A stretch of DNA of 57,890 nt from a virus (taxonomy: Duplodnaviria > Caudoviricetes). This document shows, piece after piece, positions 1 to 8,664 of the stretch (position 1 is the first letter of the stretch; every line of letters begins with the position of its first letter). Below the pieces are notes generated by a model. It did not search any database. It was not told the DNA's origin and saw only the letters and a program-made list of their open reading frames with translations. The translations under genes and the position numbers were made by a program. The stretch spans positions 1-57,890 of the IMG/VR virus record IMGVR_UViG_3300020156_000032; one strand, given 5' to 3'.

Positions 1-131
1 GTCCAGGAGGTCATGAAAATTTTAAGAGTCTACACTCAGACTCGCCAGAGAGTCAACTCCACCCAGTCTTAGGGTTAGGTTCCCTAGGATTCCTTAATAA
101 AATCCGAAATCCCCCTTACAGGAGTCCCTGC

Positions 132-2852
132 ATGGCTCGCAAGAAGAAATCCAAGGATGATGTCAACGAGACGTCACCCCTCGATACCTCATCCCCTAAG
201 TCCACCCAATCCTCTACCCAACGCTCCGCTATGACCACCACAAAGTCTAAGAAGGCTGAGTCTACCGCGGTACTCCCTAACCGATTGCCCGTCCGCAAGG
301 CAGGTCCACCGTCTAAACCTAAGAGATCAAGCAGACCTCCAGTATTGGCGGGGACGAAGATAGCTCGTAAACCGGCCATCGCCCGGCCTCCTGTGGACCC
401 TCCTGATCCACCACCTAAGGTGCCTCCGAAGAAGAGGATTACTCTCCCCAAAGAGAGGATCGCCCCTAGCAAACACCATCGGATGTTCACACCAGAGGAG
501 CAACGAATCAAGAACAGTCAGGCGACCAACGAACGCCAGAAGGCAAAATTGAGGATCGCCCAGGACATTGCTCCCCTTCCCTTGGAGGATATTGATTGGG
601 AGCGACGCCTAGAGTGTAAGGAGTCTCTGAAGAAGTTCGCTGAGACGTACATGGCTCCAGTGTTCTACTTTGGATGGTCCAGCGATCAGCTAAAGTGCGT
701 CACTCGTGTTGAAGAGGTCATGCGGGTGGGCGGCATGTTCACTCTCGCTATGCCTCGTGGTGGTGGTAAGACAGCTATCTGTCGTGCTGGACTCCTCTGG
801 GCAACCGCCTATGGGTTTCGGAGGTTCATGTACTTCATCGGCAGCACCGACGAGAAGAGTCGTCAATCCCTGGAGTTTATCAAGACCTATTGGTGGCGTA
901 ATAAGATGCTCCAGCAGGACTTCCCCGAGGTGGGCCACGCTATCGATCGGCTAGAGAACAATTGGCACAAGGCTAGAGGTCAACTCTTCGAGGGTCTCCC
1001 AACTCACATCGTGTGGGGCTCCGGGGACCTTCGCCTCCCCTGCCTCACGCTTCCAGTGGACGTAGCCGACTGGTACGCAGAGCATGACCCTGACAGCGTC
1101 TCTCCTGTTCCGTGCATGGACTACGACCACCCCTTCTTGGATGATCGCCCGCCGGACCAGTGTGTTATCTCCCCCAAAGAAGTCAAGGGACCCCGGATAT
1201 GGGTCCCACGACAAGCAGGTATCATGGTCTCAACCAGTGGTATCGATGGGTCTATTCGTGGTGAAGCCCTGGTACATCCTGTCACCCTGGAACAACCGCG
1301 TCCTGACCTAGTGTTACTGGATGACATCCAGAAAGAGCAAAAAGCCGACAGTCCGATTCTGTGTGAGAAGCTCGCTCGTCTGGTCGATGGTGCTGTCCAA
1401 GGTCTCGCAGGTCCTGGTCGTAGCATCGCTGCTTTGATGCCTTGTACGGTCATCCGAGAAGGTGACGTTGCTGATCAATATCTCAATCCGCTCCTCAAGC
1501 CAGAATGGCAAGGTGAGCGATGTGCGATGGTGGTCACATGGCCAGCAGGGATCACTGACGTTGAGATCACCAATGACACGGAGGAAGGGAAACTCTGGAA
1601 TCAATATGCTGAACTCTATCGTCTCTCCCTCCGAGAACATCACGACATTCGACTAGCCCAGAACCTTTACCTGGCTAATCGTGAAGTGATGGATCGTGGT
1701 TTTGTCTGCTCATGGCCTGATCGCTATGACCGAGATGGTAAACTCCCAGAAGTGTCTGCTCAACAGCACGCAATGAACTTGCGTCTGAAACTGGGACCTA
1801 CCTTCTTGTCAGAGTACCAGAACAAGGGTCGTAAGCTCCAAGCCGAAGGTGAGATTACTATTACCGCGGCTCAGTTGGAGAAGAAGACTATCGCATGTAA
1901 GGAGTTCGAGGTCCCCAACGACACCCAGAAGATTGTCGCCCATATCGACGTTCAGATGGAGATCATGTTCTATACAGTCTTTGCATCGAACATGGACTTC
2001 ACGGGTATCTTTCCAACCTACGGTACTTGGCCTGACACAGGACTACGGTACTTTACCAAAGACCAGACTCGCTCTTGGTCTATGTTGACGACCGAGTTCT
2101 TCAAAGTCTACCCAGAGCATCGGAACAAAGCTATCAAGACCACCGAGGGACATATCCGTGCCCCTCTGGATGCTAAGATATACTTTGGTCTCCGACAGAC
2201 AGTCAATAAACTCAAAGGTATGACCTTTATCCGTCAGGACCAATTTAAGACACCTATGATAATCGATAAGATCACTATCGATACTCGGTGGGGTGAAACC
2301 TCTGAGGTGGTGAAACGGTTCATAAAGGAGAGTGGCGACCCCTCTCTCCTGGCCTATTATGGTCAATACATGCCACCGACTCACCGTCAGTTCGAGGAAT
2401 ACGACCTCAAGAAAGGATGGCTCTTTGAACACCAAGTCAGTCCCCATGTCCAGGAACCGAAGTGGTGTATCAAACCCAACCCCGATGGTCAGTTCTATAT
2501 GATGGCAGACGTAGATCGTCTCAAGGACTTCTTGTTTGCTCGTCTAGCCTCTCCTCTGGGAACCTCTGGTTCAATAGCTCTGTACGATGCTCCTGCCGAG
2601 AAGCATGAGCTATTCGCACACCATGTCTGCAACGCAGAGTACCCTGAGCCAGTGACCGCCAGAGGTCGGACTAAGAACAAATGGACTGTTCGAGAAGGTG
2701 TTGTCTACGACAACGACTTCTTAGACTGTGCTTGCGGTAACATGGCTTTGATGAGTACCTTCGGGGTCTCCGTCAAGACCACAGACCGTGTAATCAAACC
2801 CGTGATCCGTAAACTATCAGAGACCTATTCCAACCGCAGGAGGCAAGCATGA
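132..2852 (+). CDS. terL: Terminase large subunit, lambda gpA-like, with ~140 aa Lys/Pro-rich N-terminal extension
   Basis: Walker A AMPRGGGKT, Walker B-like LVLLDDIQ, C-terminal nuclease motifs HIDVQ and DNDFLDC; AGGAG SD at ~120; first gene of head module. Confidence 0.9.
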   Translation: MARKKKSKDDVNETSPLDTSSPKSTQSSTQRSAMTTTKSKKAESTAVLPNRLPVRKAGPPSKPKRSSRPPVLAGTKIARKPAIARPPVDPPDPPPKVPPKKRITLPKERIAPSKHHRMFTPEEQRIKNSQATNERQKAKLRIAQDIAPLPLEDIDWERRLECKESLKKFAETYMAPVFYFGWSSDQLKCVTRVEEVMRVGGMFTLAMPRGGGKTAICRAGLLWATAYGFRRFMYFIGSTDEKSRQSLEFIKTYWWRNKMLQQDFPEVGHAIDRLENNWHKARGQLFEGLPTHIVWGSGDLRLPCLTLPVDVADWYAEHDPDSVSPVPCMDYDHPFLDDRPPDQCVISPKEVKGPRIWVPRQAGIMVSTSGIDGSIRGEALVHPVTLEQPRPDLVLLDDIQKEQKADSPILCEKLARLVDGAVQGLAGPGRSIAALMPCTVIREGDVADQYLNPLLKPEWQGERCAMVVTWPAGITDVEITNDTEEGKLWNQYAELYRLSLREHHDIRLAQNLYLANREVMDRGFVCSWPDRYDRDGKLPEVSAQQHAMNLRLKLGPTFLSEYQNKGRKLQAEGEITITAAQLEKKTIACKEFEVPNDTQKIVAHIDVQMEIMFYTVFASNMDFTGIFPTYGTWPDTGLRYFTKDQTRSWSMLTTEFFKVYPEHRNKAIKTTEGHIRAPLDAKIYFGLRQTVNKLKGMTFIRQDQFKTPMIIDKITIDTRWGETSEVVKRFIKESGDPSLLAYYGQYMPPTHRQFEEYDLKKGWLFEHQVSPHVQEPKWCIKPNPDGQFYMMADVDRLKDFLFARLASPLGTSGSIALYDAPAEKHELFAHHVCNAEYPEPVTARGRTKNKWTVREGVVYDNDFLDCACGNMALMSTFGVSVKTTDRVIKPVIRKLSETYSNRRRQA

Positions 2853-3106
2853 ATGGTCGCTACAACCCAGAGACCCTCAAGGTTCAACTTGAACCCGAGA
2901 CTCCTGGTGAGCATCAATTCCTGTTCAATTTGATCCAACTCCTACAATCTGGTGGTAAGATCAGGATTAAGCCTACGGGCAAACCCTCTCTCTTGACCAC
3001 TTTCAAGGTCCGAGACATAGGTGAGGTTCGCGGGACCGCTGACTATACCTACGATGGTCCTATCTCCCCCAAAGAAATCGGAGGCCCCAATGGGACTAGG
3101 GATTGA
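2849..3106 (+). CDS. Hypothetical protein
   Basis: ATGA overlap with terL stop; AGGAGG SD upstream. Confidence 0.7.
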   Translation: MNGRYNPETLKVQLEPETPGEHQFLFNLIQLLQSGGKIRIKPTGKPSLLTTFKVRDIGEVRGTADYTYDGPISPKEIGGPNGTRD

Positions 3107-3404
3107 ATGTCCTGCTTGTGGAGGCAAGCACTCAGAAGTCCAGAAGGTAGCTCCCCGACAGATGAACTTCCAGGGGAAGCAATGGACTGTGACTAGGAGA
3201 ACCCGCATCTGTCGTCACTGTGGGTTCTCTTATTCAACCGTAGAGACTCACGAGGATGTTAAACATATCGGAGTACCAGACCGTATGTATGTCCCTGGTC
3301 CAGAAGTCTTAGCTCCTAAGAGGAAACCTCCTCTGAAGAAGGCTAAGATAGGACCAGAGGTCTTAGAACCTAAAGGTACTACTTCAGACAACCCATATCT
3401 CTGA
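3090..3404 (+). CDS. Zinc-ribbon protein (NrdR-N / Ogr-like), possible late regulator
   Basis: CPACG...RRTRICRHCGFSYSTVE; GGAGG SD at 3080-3084 supports ATG at 3090. Confidence 0.7.
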   Translation: MGLGIECPACGGKHSEVQKVAPRQMNFQGKQWTVTRRTRICRHCGFSYSTVETHEDVKHIGVPDRMYVPGPEVLAPKRKPPLKKAKIGPEVLEPKGTTSDNPYL

Positions 3405-3436
3405 TAGACCTTGAATGGCTACTGGTAACTGTGGTA

Positions 3437-3505
3437 ATGACTGGTCACTCTAGGATAGGATGAAAGGTGGAATGTTCTACTTTCATCCTTCCTGGAGCCA
3501 GTCAT
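3437..3505 (+). promoter_or_regulatory. Long hairpin occluding SD and start codon of the 3504 gene
   Basis: 3437-3444/3498-3505, 3448-3455/3490-3497 and 3457-3466/3480-3489 are complementary. Confidence 0.65.
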
Positions 3506-3935
3506 GGCTACATTCACAAAATTTCAAGCCTTTGTAGAGCATCTGGCTGAGGGAGTACACAACCTTGGAGCCGACACGCTCAAGATTCTCCTCTCGAATG
3601 ATGCTCCGAGTGCTGCCAACGATGCAGTCAAGGGAGACCTGACCTCAGAACTAGCTGGTGGGAATGGATACACCGCCAATGGTCATACGGTCACAATCTC
3701 TTCGAGTGCCCAGTCTGGCGGTACTTACAAGCTCGTTGGGTCCGATGTCACAATCACCGCTTCTGGTGGTTCTGTTGGACCTTTCAGGTATGCAGTCCTC
3801 TACAACGATACTCCTACGTCACCTGCTGATCCTCTTATCGGTTCTTGGGACTATGGTTCGTCCATTACCCTGGCTGCTGGTGAGACTTTCACAGTTGACC
3901 TCGATGCCACCAACGGCATCCTTCAACTCGCCTAA
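3504..3935 (+). CDS. Putative virion structural protein
   Basis: Gly/Ser/Thr/Ala-rich beta protein (GPFRYAVLYND...GETFTVD) typical of phage structural modules; GGAG SD. Confidence 0.65.
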   Translation: MATFTKFQAFVEHLAEGVHNLGADTLKILLSNDAPSAANDAVKGDLTSELAGGNGYTANGHTVTISSSAQSGGTYKLVGSDVTITASGGSVGPFRYAVLYNDTPTSPADPLIGSWDYGSSITLAAGETFTVDLDATNGILQLA

Positions 3936-3936
3936 T

Positions 3937-4128
3937 ATGGGACTACCTCCCCCACCCATCGTCGTGATGAGACCACGACCGCGACCGATCACTGACTCTC
4001 CCCAAAAGGACGTCAGGCCCATCAACCCTGAGTCTGCTATGTCCGGTTGGAGTAAACCTCCGATTGAAACATGGCAAGACCTCACACCAACGACTTGGCA
4101 GTGGTTGATGTCTCTATTGTTTCCTTAA
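3937..4128 (+). CDS. Small Pro-rich hypothetical protein
   Basis: ATG immediately after upstream stop; fills the gap in the operon. Confidence 0.4.
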   Translation: MGLPPPPIVVMRPRPRPITDSPQKDVRPINPESAMSGWSKPPIETWQDLTPTTWQWLMSLLFP

Positions 4129-4149
4129 TACACTCCTGGAGTTACAATC

Positions 4150-4458
4150 ATGCCGAATCCATCTACAGTGACGGCAGAAGTGCTGGAGCCGGAAACCCCG
4201 GAGCCTGTTGAGAAGTTTCCGACTCTTCGCAAGCTCCAAACTGCTCTCCAAGAGGAGCGTGCCCAGATCATTGCAGCTTCTGCTACTCTTCGAGCCCAAC
4301 GAGATTCCTTAGTTGGAATCATCCAACCTTATGAGTTGGAACTACAATCTGTCAATCGTCAGATCAAAGCTATCGAGTTACCTCGCTTGGCTGAGATCGA
4401 TAATGAACTTGGAGCTATCGCACGAGCCCTTGGTGGTCGTTCGATGTCCAAAGGCTGA
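4150..4458 (+). CDS. Coiled-coil hypothetical protein
   Basis: Heptad-like Leu/Ile pattern; GGAG SD. Confidence 0.65.
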   Translation: MPNPSTVTAEVLEPETPEPVEKFPTLRKLQTALQEERAQIIAASATLRAQRDSLVGIIQPYELELQSVNRQIKAIELPRLAEIDNELGAIARALGGRSMSKG

Positions 4459-4595
4459 TTATCCATAGGGCATCCTATAGGTATCCCCTTATAGGGGTTT
4501 AACATCAATCCTTGTGTTCTTTGACCCGGCCCTAGCGTAGATTCCTAATCGAAACAACCCTGGGGCCGGCCCTTTCTCTTACCTATCATACACCC

Positions 4596-4919
4596 ATGCT
4601 CAATTCTGCTGATCTCGAAGTGATTCGTGTTCATGTTCTTGTCCCAATCGTTAAGACGATTGTTCGAGACTTCACCTTATACATGATCGGTAATCCGCTC
4701 TATCCTCCTGAGCATGAACTCGCCGGTCAACAAATGTATACAGCGGCTCAACGGAACTGGGCTAAGGAGATCGCTAAGAATCCTAGCCAGATCGCTGACC
4801 AAGTATCTCATTTCGCTCTCAATCTTGACGGTTTCAAGAACGAGGGCAGTAGTGTCAACTTCGGAGTTCTCCAGGGCCATCTTGAGAACGCTATTAAAAA
4901 CCACTTCTTCCCAGTCTAA
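4596..4919 (+). CDS. Hypothetical protein
   Basis: ORF in operon orientation. Confidence 0.6.
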   Translation: MLNSADLEVIRVHVLVPIVKTIVRDFTLYMIGNPLYPPEHELAGQQMYTAAQRNWAKEIAKNPSQIADQVSHFALNLDGFKNEGSSVNFGVLQGHLENAIKNHFFPV

Positions 4920-4931
4920 AGAAGCAGTACC

Positions 4932-5738
4932 ATGTCGCGTGCCTTTGCTCCTGCTCAGAATGAATACCTCCAACTGAGTTCTTCACCTCTGACTCCATAC
5001 CCATTGGTGATGGGTTGTTGGTTTAAGACAAATAATGCAGGATTGACCCAAAATTTAATGAATTTGGGTGCATCAACATCTGCGCATAACTTTTCTCTGC
5101 ATATTTCATCCTTCAATGGCACGGCACGCTGTCATTCAGAAGGTGGAATTATTAGCGAGGCTCAAACATCCAATACATGGTCTGCTAATACTTGGCAACT
5201 AGCGATTGGTGTCTGGGCCAATGTTAGTTCTCGCATTATCTACTTAAATGGTTCGGCTAGTTCTGGGAACTCTGGTGCATCAGTCACAGTCTCCGGTGTT
5301 AATCGTTTCCGTATTGCCCAAGAAGCGGATTCTTCCACAGGGTCACGTTCGACTTTCAGTGGATCAATCGCAGAAGCCTTTATTGCTAATGTCGTACCCA
5401 CAACGACTCAAATCAACCAACTTTGGAATGGTGGTAGTGGAGGTGCTGGTCTATCACCTGACCAAGTATTCGGAGTCAATCTTATCAGTTGGTGGAAATT
5501 GTTAGCCAGTGATGGAAGTATTGACTACGACGGTACAAACCATCTTTTGGAAATCAATACTCCGACCAATGGAGCTGATCATCCGAACATAGACTATGGA
5601 AGTTCTGGCAGTTCCATACCTCGGTTTCGACATCACTACCGTAACCAAGGGTTTATGCGTCATTCTCAATCTGGCCTCTGGCTACCTCCCGGTGTCGAGG
5701 ATCAATTACTACGATTCAACCATCGAGGAGAATCATAA
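4932..5738 (+). CDS. LamG/concanavalin A-like lectin-domain virion protein
   Basis: GCWFK...NTWQLAIGVW...IYLNG...FSGSIAEAFI pattern; lower GC than neighbours. Confidence 0.7.
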   Translation: MSRAFAPAQNEYLQLSSSPLTPYPLVMGCWFKTNNAGLTQNLMNLGASTSAHNFSLHISSFNGTARCHSEGGIISEAQTSNTWSANTWQLAIGVWANVSSRIIYLNGSASSGNSGASVTVSGVNRFRIAQEADSSTGSRSTFSGSIAEAFIANVVPTTTQINQLWNGGSGGAGLSPDQVFGVNLISWWKLLASDGSIDYDGTNHLLEINTPTNGADHPNIDYGSSGSSIPRFRHHYRNQGFMRHSQSGLWLPPGVEDQLLRFNHRGES

Positions 5739-6397
5739 TGCTTTGGCTCAGACAATCAACTGCTTCCCAAGAGATTCAACTCGGCAAGTTTGTTGATGAC
5801 ACAGATGGTAAAACAGCTGAGACTGCTCTGTCCATCGCAAACACTGATATTAAGCTCTGGAAAGAAGGAGCTACTTCCCAGGCATCTAAGAATAGTGGTG
5901 GTGCAACCCACATCGCAAACGGGTGGTACTACGCAGTTCTTGATGCAACCGATACCAACACACTGGGTAAACTCGAAGTAACGGTAGATGTGAGTGGGGC
6001 TCTCTCAGTTCGCCGTGAGTTTATGGTTCTTCCGGCCAATGTTTATGATGCTCTTGTCTTGGACACGGATGTCTTAGAGACAGACCTCATCGAGATTGGG
6101 GGTGATGCAGATTCCCTCACCATCTTTAAACTCATGTGCGACTGTGGATTAACTGCCCAGGTCGCTAACGACGTTAGTAACTCTGCCTCTTCCTTCTGTA
6201 CGACCTTAACTTCTCCTGTCGATGACTACTACAATGGACTTGTACTAATTATGCAGAAAGGGGAGATAGGTCAGTTCCAAGGTGGTCGTGTGACCAACTA
6301 TGATGGTACTACTAAGTTCATCACTATTGATCCTCCACTCTCTGTTGCCCCGTTCACAGGTGCTGACTTCCTACTCATTGGTCGTATTGTGGACTAG
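5738..6397 (+). CDS. Putative virion structural / fibre-associated protein
   Basis: Coupled to upstream gene; GGAG SD; DDYYNG...RVTNYDGTTK beta-rich C-terminus. Confidence 0.6.
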   Translation: MLWLRQSTASQEIQLGKFVDDTDGKTAETALSIANTDIKLWKEGATSQASKNSGGATHIANGWYYAVLDATDTNTLGKLEVTVDVSGALSVRREFMVLPANVYDALVLDTDVLETDLIEIGGDADSLTIFKLMCDCGLTAQVANDVSNSASSFCTTLTSPVDDYYNGLVLIMQKGEIGQFQGGRVTNYDGTTKFITIDPPLSVAPFTGADFLLIGRIVD

Positions 6398-6405
6398 GAG
6401 GACCT

Positions 6406-7236
6406 ATGCTTCAGTTCTTCCTAAGTCGTCGCCTAGCATCAGGCCAGTATACTCTGACTGCGGGTCATGCAACCTTTGCCCTTTCAGGTCAAACTGCTAA
6501 CACTATTCGTAGTCGAGTCGTAACTGGTCAACAAGGTAGTTTCTCCCTTTCTGGTCAAGCTGCTAACCTTCTAAGAGGTCTATACTTAACTGCTGCTCAA
6601 GGGAGCTTTACTCTCTCTGGTCAGGATATCACCTTCGACCGTACCTATGTCTTAGCCGCGGTCTACGGTTCCTTCTCCTTGGCAGGTCAGAACGCCAACC
6701 TACTCCGAGGACTCTCCTTGGTCGGTGGTCACGGTACGTTCACCCTCTCAGGACAGTCCGTGAACCTCCTGAAAGGGTTTAGTGTGGTGGCTGCTCATGC
6801 CTCCTTCACACTAACTGATCAAGATGCTAGTTTAGAGTTCAATCGTCTCTTGGTGTCTGCTCATGGTAGCTTCACCCTGGATGGTCAAGCAGTAAACCTG
6901 CTTAAAGGTCACAGCCTTGCAGCTAGTGTGGGCTCTTTCACCTTGACTGGGCAGGACGCAATCCTCCAGTACGGTTCAGAGACTATCCTAGACGCAGACC
7001 ACGGCACGTTTACCCTCAGTGGTCAATCCGCTGACCTGACTGTAGAACGACTCCTAGTCGCGGACTATGGTTCAATAAGTCTAACCGGCCAGGACGTTCA
7101 GCTTCTCCCCCAAAGAATCCTGGTGGGGAGCCACGGCTCCTATACCCTCACTGGACAAGATGCTGATCTATTGTATTCTGCTGTAGCAACATTTAATCCA
7201 GCTTGGGCTGCTAACTCCAATAAACTCCTACTATGA
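6406..7236 (+). CDS. Repeat-containing virion protein (~21 aa repeats A-x-x-G-S/T-F-T-L-S/T-G-Q-x-A)
   Basis: About 12 imperfect tandem peptide repeats; AGGAGG SD. Confidence 0.75.
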   Translation: MLQFFLSRRLASGQYTLTAGHATFALSGQTANTIRSRVVTGQQGSFSLSGQAANLLRGLYLTAAQGSFTLSGQDITFDRTYVLAAVYGSFSLAGQNANLLRGLSLVGGHGTFTLSGQSVNLLKGFSVVAAHASFTLTDQDASLEFNRLLVSAHGSFTLDGQAVNLLKGHSLAASVGSFTLTGQDAILQYGSETILDADHGTFTLSGQSADLTVERLLVADYGSISLTGQDVQLLPQRILVGSHGSYTLTGQDADLLYSAVATFNPAWAANSNKLLL

Positions 7237-7243
7237 GGTCATT

Positions 7244-7750
7244 ATGGCTTTCATCAAGAACCAAGCAGTAAATGGCTTCACGTTCGTATTAGTCGGACTT
7301 GATGGAGCCGCAGTCACCACTGGAGTTGTAACTGGTTACGTCACCAAAGATGATGGTAATCAGACTCTCTTAGCGAACGCTGTCCGTCACAAGGGGAATG
7401 GACAATGGGCTGTTGATCTTGAAGCTGATGAGATGAACGCAGACCAGATAGGTCTCCTCTTCACTCATCCTGATGCGATCAACGTCAACTTCACTATTCC
7501 TACTCTCTCTAGTGAAGACACTGAACTGCTAGGTGGGAGTAGTAGCTCCTCTTCCGGTGGTGAAATTGACATCGCAGAACTTGCCTCTGCTCCACTCCGA
7601 GTTCGTACTGCGGAGGGAACTGTAGAGGAACGTAGTGTAGACGAGTTAATAAAAGCCGACAGATACCTTGCAGGACGGCAAGCTGCCGATGCTGTACCCT
7701 GGGGTATCAGAGTCGCTCGTGGTAAACCCGGCAGTTCAATCGGAGGATAA
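7244..7750 (+). CDS. Structural protein; C-terminal part resembles gpW-like head-completion proteins
   Basis: Poly-Ser linker then APLRVRTAEGTVEERSVDELIKADRYL; located upstream of portal. Confidence 0.5.
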   Translation: MAFIKNQAVNGFTFVLVGLDGAAVTTGVVTGYVTKDDGNQTLLANAVRHKGNGQWAVDLEADEMNADQIGLLFTHPDAINVNFTIPTLSSEDTELLGGSSSSSSGGEIDIAELASAPLRVRTAEGTVEERSVDELIKADRYLAGRQAADAVPWGIRVARGKPGSSIGG

Positions 7751-7751
7751 A

Positions 7752-7988
7752 ATGTTGGAAGTCGGCTCTGCCCGTTCTGGTCAAGAAGTGACTCCCCATG
7801 ATACGACAGCCCTGTCTGGTAAGACTAGGGGTTTGTATGTTGGTGGGGCTGGTGATGTAACTGTGACCATGCACAATGGTTCTGACCTCACCTTTGTTGG
7901 TGTTCCTGCGGGCACCATCCTACCGATAGTCGTCACCCATGTCAAAAGCACTGGGACGGATGCTACCGATATTGTTGCTCTGTTCTAG
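7752..7988 (+). CDS. Head spike base protein (RcGTA Rcc01079-like)
   Basis: VTPHD...TRGLYVGGAGDV...VPAGTILPI..THVKSTGTDATDIVAL; GGAGG SD supports ATG 7752. Confidence 0.75.
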   Translation: MLEVGSARSGQEVTPHDTTALSGKTRGLYVGGAGDVTVTMHNGSDLTFVGVPAGTILPIVVTHVKSTGTDATDIVALF

Positions 7989-7996
7989 GAGGTCAT

Positions 7997-8290
7997 ATGC
8001 GAATTGGTATTGGCCTTGGAGTAACCAATAAACTCACCCCCATAGCTGTCGAGGGTGGAGGTGCTATCGTTCTATCTTTTGAACCTGGGGGGCCTACGAA
8101 TACCCTCAACTGGACTGCTTGGCCAGGTGCGATAGACTACTATTACTACAAGAATGGAGAGCTTGCTGGTAACTCAAATGGTGAGCTATCTGCGATAGTT
8201 CTAGCTCAATCAGGAAGTCAATGGTATGTCCTAGCTGTTGGAGAAGCTGGACCAATCCCTGAATCAACTTCAAACACGGTGACGTTCTAA
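7997..8290 (+). CDS. Putative head-spike fibre (Rcc01080-like N-terminus)
   Basis: N-terminal MRIGIGLG directly after spike base gene; AGGAGG SD. Confidence 0.5.
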   Translation: MRIGIGLGVTNKLTPIAVEGGGAIVLSFEPGGPTNTLNWTAWPGAIDYYYYKNGELAGNSNGELSAIVLAQSGSQWYVLAVGEAGPIPESTSNTVTF

Positions 8291-8664
8291 TGGCAAATGA
8301 GATTAAGATAACCGCTGCCTTGGAATGTTCCAATGGCAACTTCCAGATTCCCCGTCTTGGGAGTACACAACTCCAGGTTAATCAGAACGCTCCTGGTGGT
8401 GGTGTCCCTGGTATGGTATCTGCGGCAACTGCTGGGTCAGATATTACAACTACTGGAGTCTCAACTCTAGGGTGGTGTTATGTCCGAAACCTAGACGCAA
8501 CTAACTTTGTGGAATGGGGTCCAAAGGACACAGGTACTTTCTACCCCATTGGTAGACTCAAACCAGGTGAGGCTACTGTCTTCCGTTTGTCTCCTGGTAA
8601 GACCCTCCATATCAAAGCTGACACCGCTGCTTGCAAGTGTCAGGTACTCGTCCTGGAGGACTAA
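8290..8664 (+). CDS. Putative virion protein
   Basis: Coupled ORF, beta-rich. Confidence 0.6.
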   Translation: MANEIKITAALECSNGNFQIPRLGSTQLQVNQNAPGGGVPGMVSAATAGSDITTTGVSTLGWCYVRNLDATNFVEWGPKDTGTFYPIGRLKPGEATVFRLSPGKTLHIKADTAACKCQVLVLED

